From Eremomyces bilateralis CBS 781.70 (lineage: Eukaryota), in the NCBI GenBank assembly GCA_010015585.1, contig ML975165.1: 44,512 nucleotides of DNA; one strand, written 5' to 3'. The notes beneath the pieces were generated by a model. It was not told where the DNA came from and ran no database searches. It saw nothing but the letters and a program-made list of their open reading frames with translations. The position numbers were made by a program, and so were the translations under genes. Positions within the stretch are counted from its first letter, which is position 1, and each line of letters starts with the position of its first letter. Of this stretch, positions 34,973 to 44,512 are shown piece after piece.

Positions 34973-37330
34973 ATGAATCCTACACATCAGGTCAACTCTG
35001 ACCCCAACCACCCGGACGAAGTGCAGACCACGACCTTTTCTCCCTCAACCACGACAACTACCGGCCCTGATGGGACTGTCACCCAGATATACCATGACGA
35101 CCCGACATCTACGACGTCGCCGTCACGCAACACCCCATCGCAGCATGTCTCACCCATGCCGTCTGCTCAGCAGACCCCTCCGCAAGTCGACTCCCACGCC
35201 CTGCGACCACCTCCTCACTCTCGCGATTTCGCCACCGTTCCTCAGTCGAATCTCCTTCAACCCGAACCCGCTCGTCCACAGCGAAGTCGCCGACCAAGTA
35301 TCCGAATCCGACGCATGGAATCCGGAGCAAGCTTGAACCGACAGCCTTCCAACACCGCACAGACGCCGGCTCAATCGGTTGCGCAACTGGAGCACATACC
35401 CAGCGATGGAAGCGGCGGTCGAATAAGAAGTCGGTCGGAGCCACAGCGGCCGTCGATGGAGCTAATTGGGGGTCCTCGGAACATTGCGCCTGCGATGGAG
35501 TGCCTGCGCGAAGAAGAACCACATACCTCGCAGCCTCATCCTGCCTATGTGCCCGAGTATGGGATACATCGAACGCAGACGGCCCCCGATTTTCAGGACG
35601 ATTGGGCACAACGGGAGGGAATCCCGCCTGAGAATCTCCATGCCGCTCGCCATGCAAATCAACATTGGGGGGGTATTCGGAGCGCGACGCGAGGGTTTTT
35701 CGGGGGGTTCAATCGGAGACCACAGGTTGATTACCCGGATAATGCGGTAAATGAGAATAGTGTGCAACTTGGCGAGTATGGGCCCGAGATCGTCGATTAC
35801 CTTGACGTTGTTGGTATGAGCACGGTTCGAAATCCCTGATCATACCCAAGATTAACTAAACATTCAGATCCGGAGGTGTCCACCTTGACCACGCTTACAA
35901 ACGTGCAAAACTCCCTTTTCGTTCCCGATTTGGGTGGCTGGCTTAATCGAAGACCAACATATACCGTCACTCGGCCGGCCCCGGGGCCTCCTTACCAGGA
36001 ACCAGAACCCGAGGGTCTACCGACAATATCGACAGAAGATATCTCAAAAATGACAACCGCCGAACGGACACAGACCCGCGATACCATCAGCTCGACACTC
36101 ACGGACTCGCGGTATGCTGTCCTTCCCCACGGCATGTCGCTCGACGGCTGGGGTCCTGGCGAGAAGGAGGAACTGAACGACCACGTGAGACACATGCTGC
36201 ATTCACGACGATCAAGACTCAAGCGGTCGATGAAAGGATTCGGCCAATATGTTAAACGGCCACTGGGGTTCCTCGTCACGCTGTATGCGACGCTCATCAC
36301 CCTCTTTGGACTCGCATGGGTGCTCTTCTTAATCGGTTGGATCTACCTTGGCGATCGCCAACTCTACGTCGTCCACATCATCGACAGCGTGCTCGTCGCG
36401 CTCTTCGCCGTAGTCGGCGATGGCCTCGCGCCCTTCCGCGCCGTCGACACTTACCACATGATCTTCATCGCCAAATACGGCCACAAAACATGGGAGCTAC
36501 GGAACAAGCGCGGGCTCCCCGAGCTTAAAAACAAAAACGATTTCCCCACCCGGCAGATCGGCGAGCCGAAGCCCGAACCCAAACCCATCGACCCGAACGA
36601 CGATGCCGCTATCGCCGACCAGAAGTTCAAGGAGCAACGCCACTGCGACGAGCGTGAGAAGCCCGTCGAGGAAGCCGAATCCACGCCGCGCCGCGACTCT
36701 GACACCGACGTCGAAAACGACGCGGCGTCCATTAAAACCGACCTGTCGTCGTGGGAATACACAGTGCTCACACCTAAAGAACAGCAGCGGCTCTCACACC
36801 ACCAGAAAAAGTTCGCGCGCTCCCACACGTTCTACAAGCCGCACGAAACACCCACGCACTACGCGTTCCCGCTCCGCTACCTCATCGCAATCGTCGTCCT
36901 TCTCGACTGCCACTCCCTCCTCCAAATCTCGCTCGGCGCCTGCACGTGGGGGATCTACTACAAAGTGCGGCCGGTCGCGATCACCACGGTGATCCTCTGC
37001 TTCAGCATCGCGTGCAACATCACGGCGGGGGTGCTGATCTCCATAGGGGATCGGAAAACGCGGAAGAAGGACGTGCGGGAGCTACTGAAGCGGCAGAAGT
37101 TGACGGGGGAGGCGGTGAAGGTGATTGAGAAGAAGAAGGAAAAGGAGAGGAGGAGGGGGGAGAGTATGGATGTGGAGAGGCGGGGAAAGAGTTTGGATTT
37201 TGGGAGAAGGGGGAAGAGTGTGGAGGTAGGGAGGAGGGGCAAGAGTATGGATGTGCGGAGGAAGGGGGAGATGAGTTGGGACGTTGAAAAAAGCGATGGG
37301 GAGAGGGTGGGTGCTTATGAGGGAACATGA
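34973..37330 (+). CDS. Integral membrane protein, DUF2985-like, intron 35814-35867
   Basis: LDVVDPEVSTLTTLTNVQNSLFVP, PLGFLVTLYATLITLFG, VLVALFAVVGDGLAPFR; four TM segments. Confidence 0.8.
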
Positions 37331-38820
37331 TGGAAATGGTTTGGGAAAGTTTGAGATGATTCGTACAGATGGTCTGGTATTTAGCGTGATTGGATACCAT
37401 TTGTAGATAAGACTGAGCGGGCTAGGTAACATATGTCTGAGAATCTCCTGGAACCATACGGTCCCGGTCCTGGTCGTTCGCCCCCTAAGCACCGTGATGA
37501 AGCTCATCTTTCAGTTCTCCTTCTCATCAAATGTGTGTCGGGGGAATCCTGCCCTCTTTCTGTCAAGAAATCTACAAGGTCCTAATCCTCTGTCGCGGAG
37601 ATGACCCAACTATGCCAGCAGCGATTGACACCTGCAGGCTGTATGGGCACGTACCTACTTGTTTCCGCCTCAAAAGTTTCATTTGATTCATAGCAGTTTT
37701 GTCCAGCTCAATGTTCATGTTATTTATTCCTCGGAGTTCGGTTTCTTCCACCGGGTTTCCCGCCCACAGTTGTTCGCGTTGGCCCTAACAAGTAACAACA
37801 GACATCCAGCGATTGACTACTCCTCTCCAGCTTCCCCCTCCCAAAAGACTAAGTGCGGACCTCTTGCTATGGATGTGTTTCTCAGCCGAGCACCAAGTTT
37901 GTAATATCGCAAACGAGAGGGCTTGAAATCATGACGTGGAGAAAACCGGAAGTCGAGCTAAGAAATGAGAAACAGTCAGTTCTGGAGGAAGTGAATCGAA
38001 CTCAACAGGCGTGCAGCGACCTGGGGGCACAACTAGAGCTAGAGATCGAGAAACCATCTTCGATTTCTTTGGGTACCGGTGTAATAGCTAAGACCGAGTC
38101 AACTGGGCTTGGTACGTACCCTTTCCGGCCCAGGCTTTGAGACGATTAATCTAATATCTAGCGAACTAGTTCGCGTCGTTGGAAGGGAAAGTGTTCCACC
38201 CTCCTATCTCACTCCCAGAATAGAGAGCACATTCTCAAGCAGCTCGCGGAGGCATCAGGCCGGTTGGAAAAACCATCTAGTTTGCAATTTCATTGCGATT
38301 CTCCATGGCGTATTCCATGCCGCGGTATGGAATGACATCTTCCCTTATGTATTCGGAACGTGGCCTCGAAGGGTTTCTCTCTGTCTGGTCGCTGTTTGGG
38401 CAGCCGTTGGCACGATGGTTTTACTCGCCGGTCGCTTGCCTAATACGGGCAGTAACAAGACAGAGGACGTGGAGGCTTCTTTGCAGCAGCTGGAATAGGA
38501 TGGCAACCAGGCGTCTACGTGTTCGGTATCGTAGTCTCAACTTTCTCCTCTAAGGGGGTATAAACAAATAATACAGTGATTCCCGGCCGTCTCATCACTC
38601 CGTGGGTGGAGTCCTGATAAGACTGATATATTAGGGGCATGGATGGCAGTCCCATATGGGGTTGCTCGACAATTTCGTTTCAGTAGAAGCATTCCTCAGT
38701 TTTAAGAAACTACCAGCCGCGGCGTACAGGAATCCACAGTGGAGCCAATATATTGCACACACTATGGTACATATCTACTTATGAGAAATATCCTCCTCCT
38801 CACCTGCGTCATGTCTTATG

Positions 38821-40733
38821 CTAACCACTGGTCGTGCCGTCCCGTTCGACTAGCGACAACTTCACATACAGTGGCGGCTTCATCCACAGGAAGTAGACCT
38901 TCTGCTGGTTCCACAGTTCGCTCTCTGGAAGCAGCGTGAGGTCGAAGTTCCAGATCATGCGGGCGAGGATCAGCTTCATCTCGAGATATGCAAGACTAGA
39001 AACGCGGTCAGATTCATTCGGAGGAGATTCACATTGGAAGTGGAAAACGCGGATTGGATGCAGACGTGACCAGAGAGCCCCTTGTTTGTTGGCGTCGTCC
39101 AGAAATAGCACTATGGAAACCAGAAAAACGACTTACTTTTGCCCGATACAGTTCCGCGGCCCATAGCTAAACGGCTGCAGTACATCGAAGCGATCGTCTT
39201 TATATTTCTCATCCCCGAGAAACCGCTCCGGTACAAAATCGTCCGGGTCCCGGAAATTTCGGTCGGAGTGGTATGCGGCCCTGTCGACCAGTCATGTCAG
39301 TTAGACGAAGCCATGGAAAAGAAAGGAAGAGCGGATGGGAACCAAAGGGGATTCAGAACGCACCAGGGCGCGACGCTGACCAGAGTGCCGCCCGGAACCC
39401 ATTGCCCTTCGATATAATCGCCGGCGCCTGGGACGACTCGCTGCATCGACGTCGGAACCGGCGGATAGATGCGCAGCGCCTCGTCCAAGACCGCGAGCAG
39501 ATATCGGCACTTATTAACACGGTCATATCCGATCTCCTTCTCCTCCTTAAACGTCCCGCGAATCTCTTCGACCAGCCGCCGATACGCACGCGGTGTCTTT
39601 AGCAGATAGTAAAAGCACCCTGTCAGTAACGTTGCGGTCGTCTCGCTACCGGCAACGATTAACACTTCCGAAGTCGCCTCCATCTCTTTAACCGACAGCC
39701 CATCCCCGTCTTTCATCGTCGCAATAATATGGCCCATGAAATCCGGCCGCTGCGTTTCCATCGCTATACGCTTCTGGACCTTAGCCGCCGTCAGCGCCCA
39801 ATGATAGTCCCGGCTCCTCCGCATCTTTGGGGGTATCAAGACGTTCATTAGGTCGAGAGCGCCTGGGATGAAGCGCAGCACCTGAACGTAGACGAAGGTT
39901 TTGAGGAAGTCGAATGTCAGCTGGATCCAGGGGTGCATCTGGACGTTTTCGAGGCAGCCGAAGGGCTCGCCGTACGCGAGGTCGCCGATCACGTCGAAAG
40001 TGATGAAGTTCATCCAGTCGGTCAGATTGGTGGATTTCTGGCCGACGCGATCTTTAAGGCGGTCAATAAGCAGGTCGACATAGCGTGTGATAAGCGGTTC
40101 CTGGCCACGGAGACTCTTCTCGCTGAACGACGGGTTCAGCAGACGTCGGATTTTCGAATGGATTGGGATGGTAGGCGCATTAATGATGCTCCACGCTCGT
40201 CCGGGCTGCGAGGCATATTGCACGGGATCCTGAGAGGGTCAGTCGGGGTCCCAGATATAAACTACAGCCACCATGGCGCATATATGGTGCTCACCTTCGG
40301 CATCTGGCTGTGCGTCTTACCGGGCCGGTGCCCGTATATCTCTCGCCAGGCACCTCCCGTGATGTAGCTCAACGCGTCCGGGCCAATGCGCACAACAGGT
40401 CCATACTTCCCGTGCAGCGCGGCGTAGTCAAACTGCTGGTCGCCATGGAGAGCCGCATACAGGTTTGGAAAGGGCGTCGCGCTTCGAAGCTTCGGACCGG
40501 GAAACTTTGCAAGGGGATGGAGGTACGCATTGTACACGAAGAGACCAATGTAGTAAAACAAGCCCTGCCATATCTCGTTACTAAAGAAGTGGAAGGACAG
40601 AAGGAATGATAATGCTTCTATTCATTGTCCAGAGTCGAACTGTTCACTGAAAGGACCTAATAGAACGTACCGTAGCAACCCCGACCAACACCAAACTGCT
40701 CGGCCGCGGAATGCGATCCAATAGTTCCGTCAT
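38821..40733 (-). CDS. Cytochrome P450 (CYP65/Tri11-like; multi-exon)
   Basis: [46 protein letters not shown], heme motif [23 protein letters not shown]. Confidence 0.92.
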
Positions 40734-41450
40734 TTTACTCCCATCATCAAGATGAATCCGCTCTGATGAGCTGCTAAGAAATCCAACAGTCTTTTGGAAT
40801 ACGTACATGTACGGAATACTACTTCTCTTATTAATCTTCTGTAGTCCGTACGTACCCTGCCCCGCCTCCCAAGCATCCTGCTTAGCAGCATTTCCTTGGA
40901 CGTCCTCAACGAATGGTTGGCTTCCAAGAGAATACTAGCAATGAGCACCACATGTCGCACTAGGTGTGCTCGGTTACCTGGATATGACCCCATCCGAGAC
41001 TTAGCGTAGATTTTGCAAGCCTACCATTTGGCCGCAAGCTTCGTTCCCCATGCGGCGAACCGTACCCGAATTAACTACAGCATGACCCTGACTCGACTTT
41101 GAGTCTGTGGAGTGTGAATGCGCCATGCAGTGAATCAGTTCAATTCTACTTTCGGATCGCAGTGTGTCAATTAGCCAAATCGGAACATTATGGACATGAA
41201 TCCTAGCTTAGCGCCGAGACCAACCAATCAATGTATATACGAAACAGGTACGGAAAGGGAGATAGCCCTAATATGAATCAGGAAACGAAAAGGGGGAAAG
41301 GACTGGCTGGAGAAGTCGGGATAGGAAATGAGGCCGTCCATGAATCAACAATCACAGATCTTCTATGGCAGTTTCTTCAGTCCCTTCAGCGGCCAAGGAG
41401 ATAGGCAGTTTTGATATCCAATAAGACCGTAACACTAACCCAGGGTTCTT

Positions 41451-42509
41451 CTACTCCGGCTTCTTGCCATGGACAAAGTAGAACAGGCTGTAGAAGTGAT
41501 TTTTGGGATCCCGAAGCTCTGCGATGACCTTTGCAACGAAGACCTTGCATTCCAATTCGGTCCAGCCGAGCCCTTTGCCGATGAAACCAAGGGTGTATGG
41601 CTCGACGCCAGAAATGCAGTTCTCGCCCTGAAAGCGGCCAATCTCCTTGAGCCTTTTGCTCTTTGACCAGACGCCGATGGGAACCTACCCGGATTAGCTG
41701 AATGTGTAGGAGATAGCAGGAGAGAGATGACAAAAATTCCATGACATAACGCGTACCTTCATCATCTCACACGTAACGTCGACGAAGCCGGCGTTGATCA
41801 TGCGGTCCTTGATGAGGTGGGCACAGCTCACCTCCCTCCCAAATTGTCTAGCAGCGTCGTTACATAGGCGGACGAACTCCATAGTACTAACCGCGCGCTC
41901 GACCGTGTCGTCGTCGGACTGTGCCTGCGCCTCGGCCTCATGAAACTCCAGCCACCCGCCAGGCTTGAGGTTGTTGAAGGACTGACGGATGAGTCTGTCC
42001 CAGTCCCCGATGGCACCGCTGAGGCCGCGGCCGTGGATCAGGTCGAAGGCCTCATCAGCCGGATAGACCCAGTCGCTCTCCGCATCGTCGACGTAGAACC
42101 TTACGTTGGGCGGGATCCAGGTAGGCTGGATAGGGCTGAGGTCGGTACCGATCACCTGGGCGTTGGGGTACTCATCGCCGACGTCAATCGCCCAGATGCC
42201 GGTGCCAGTGCCAATGTCTAGCACGCGCTTGTTCTCGGGGTCAATAGGCGCCTGAAAGAGCTTGCCACCGAGAAGCAGACGGAACAGATGGTGACCTAGG
42301 TCGAGGCGATCCTGCTCCTCTGGATCGTTGGGTAGCACGTACTGGCCCTTGCGATAAGCGTGGTAGCGGCGGCCGTTCTCGTAGACGTAGTCGATTACGG
42401 AGGAGGCGAGCGAGGCACTAGCAGTCGAGGTGCCGTCCTCGAAGGCAGAGTCGCTAACGAAGGATCCAGCATTACTATCCACTTCGATTGCGGGAAGAGT
42501 ATCGGCCAT
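41451..42509 (-). CDS. LaeA-like/TdiE-like SAM-dependent methyltransferase (2 exons)
   Basis: YENGRRYHAY, EQDRLDL, VLDIGTGTGIWAID, DLSPIQP, LKPGGWLE, terminal HGKKPE*. Confidence 0.9.
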
Positions 42510-43021
42510 TGCTAAAATGCTAAGGCGGAGCGAGCCGTGAAGAGATGGGCGGTGTGGAGACTGTGGGTTACTTGACTGGGAGGGGGGTTGTGGGGACTTT
42601 TTATAGTGTTCAACGCTAACATTGTTCGTTACCGGCAGTATGGTTCTATGGTGCCATAGTGCAGTGCACAGACAGCCAAGTATGTTCAAGTACGGAATAG
42701 GGAGATCTATATACGGTTTAGCCTGGCATATTACAGTAAGCAGGATCTCTAGCACGCGGACCGCCCGTGACGGGGGCGGCTACTACTCGTGGCGGAGGCC
42801 CTGGTAGGGGGGGAGTATTAAGCATAGGGAGGGGGTTGCCAAAATTGGCGATTGGGGGGCTAACGGGTGTGGCGGTGCCCAAAATTGGCGGGGGGGATGC
42901 TAGAACTGGTGGAGAAAGACCTAACGTAGGCGGGGGTTGCCCAGCTGAGGCGGCCGTTAAGGCGCATGCAGCCGGGAGGGTCCCCGTCACAGGCGGTCGA
43001 TAGCCTCGAGACTCTGTTTCA

Positions 43022-44512
43022 TCACCAAAGCTGTATCCGTGGTCCTTGGACCCCACCCACACCGAATACGATATTTTCATTATAAACCATATTTTCAATT
43101 TCAATATCAAAGACGTATTGCTCGAATTCTGGCAACGCATTAAAATTAAAACCCACATTCTCCTTCTCCACGGGTAATTCCTGTATGGGAGATGCTCCCT
43201 TCTCTTTTTCCCGGCCCCATACCCGCTGTGCCTTCCTAATCTTGGCCTTTCGCTCCTCCTCACCCTGCGCATCGATATGTCTCTTCGCCTGCCGGACATC
43301 CAAGGCACCCGTCTGGCTAAGGCGCATTTTTACATGCCGCCGGGTCTTTGGCTTTTTTCCTTGCTTTTGGCGGCGCTGGATATCCGAAACTACGACCTGA
43401 AGCTCCTCCAGGAGCTCAACCGCCCGGATATTGGCCTGGGTCGCTTGGCGGATGCGACGTTGGTACTTCCGGCTCGAAAGTAGGGCCTCGGGCGTATTTA
43501 CGATCTTCATCTGTCTCCGGCGTGCCGTTCGAATAGTATTGGGTGGAGATACGCTTGGAGGGGGCGTAATACTTGAGGTTGGTGGAGAAGAAGACCCATT
43601 GTATATTTGAAGATCAGGGCCGTCATCCATCTGATTATGAAGTAACGTATTCCACAAGCGAGTGGCCCATACAAGCGAGTGGCCCAGCTCATTTTACTAG
43701 TAAATTCGACAAAATTCGATATCAATATCTCAACAACCACTGGGTAATATAGTCTGAAAACTTAGAATTAGGTTTTCCTATCGATTTCTAGCTTATTATT
43801 AGAATCTTAGAGCTTTATCTTTTATAGTTATAAAGATATAGAGATTTGGTCTCTAAATCTTGCCAAGAAGTAGGTATCTCTATACCTGTAAAAGCTAGGG
43901 CTTTAATATTTCAATAGTAAGCTAGAAATGGCTAGGAAAACCTAACTCTAAGTTTTCAGACTATATTATCCAGTGGTTGTTGAGATATTGATATCGAATT
44001 TTGTCGAATTTACTAGTAAAATGAGCTGGGCCACTCGCTTGTATGGGCCACTCGCTTGTGGAATACGTTATTGGTATAATCTTCTCGGGATCTATCAGCC
44101 AAAGACCCCTCTCTTTAAAGGAATTTCGAACCGTACGTGGTTTGAGGGCGTTTTCGCGAATCTGAGGCATCTCATCGAGGAAGGGAATAATATCAACGGC
44201 ATGGCAAAATTCGATGAAATCGTTCGTAAGATGGACCCATGGTTATCCATAAGAAAAGCCGTTTCCCGCATAGGGTAACGCGGTGCTGCGTATGCCGGTG
44301 GAAATGTTGAATCCAATCGAAGGCAATTAGATCGTTTGACCAGCCAGAGGTTGAGGTATTGATCCGGTAATCGTCTGGAATACGAGGACTGTCGTACCAC
44401 CGTTCAAGATGGTTCTTACCCTTAAGGACAAAATAGGGCGGAAGAACGAAGCCATCGGCGGCAATACACTCGATATCGGTAACCGATTCGCCTGTCTCCG
44501 TACTCGAACTAC
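43022..44512 (-). pseudogene. Second Fot1/pogo transposase, dead (frameshifts, internal deletion, MITE insertion); runs off window
   Basis: ESVTDIECIAADGFVLPPYFVLKGK, SGWSND, MDNHGS, SFKERGLW; frame restored (IIPILHNQ) on removing the MITE plus one TA. Confidence 0.85.
43645..44068. mobile_element. 424-bp pogo-derived MITE with long TIRs and TA target-site duplication
   Basis: 99-bp perfect inverted repeat, similarity extending to ~160 bp; TA at 43643-43644 and 44069-44070. Confidence 0.96.

Noticed and set aside
37853..38498. ORF fragments with an HAAVWNDIFP membrane-protein-like motif
   Set aside because: Probably a gene remnant; no coherent model could be built
41694..42755. 353-aa ORF start for the methyltransferase
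   Set aside because: The upstream extension starts at a non-ATG codon and spans a TATA-like promoter region; ATG 42509 fits the family
42718..43020. Pro-rich/Gly-rich ORFs with CCAAAATTGGCG twice
   Set aside because: Low-complexity fragment without a start or recognisable domain
1..44512. Starship giant element
   Set aside because: No DUF3435 tyrosine recombinase captain or recognisable boundary in this window; cannot be excluded beyond it

Overview
Fungal (filamentous ascomycete-type) genomic window with short GT-AG introns and CTRAC branch points. It is rich in DNA transposons and accessory metabolic genes. Left end (1-~4911): an apparently intact two-gene element, with a RecQ-like SF2 helicase (5' part outside the window) convergent with an ~880-aa DUF6589-like putative transposase, matching the AcademH architecture. 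It is followed immediately by an intact 2.6-kb hAT element. A diverged, decayed relative of the same transposase lies at 20.55-22.08 kb, cut off by a deleted Fot1/pogo element. A 424-bp fold-back MITE sharing that element's TIR tip is nested in a second, dead Fot1/pogo transposase at the right end. Host genes: two LaeA-like SAM methyltransferases each next to a cytochrome P450, an atypical Zn(II)2Cys6 protein, mitochondrial GTP:AMP phosphotransferase (ADK2), an intronless bacterial-looking PRISE/VEP1 reductase, an ABM-domain protein, a pirin, a DUF2985-like membrane protein and two coiled-coil orphans. All family assignments come from manual motif recognition, not database searches.
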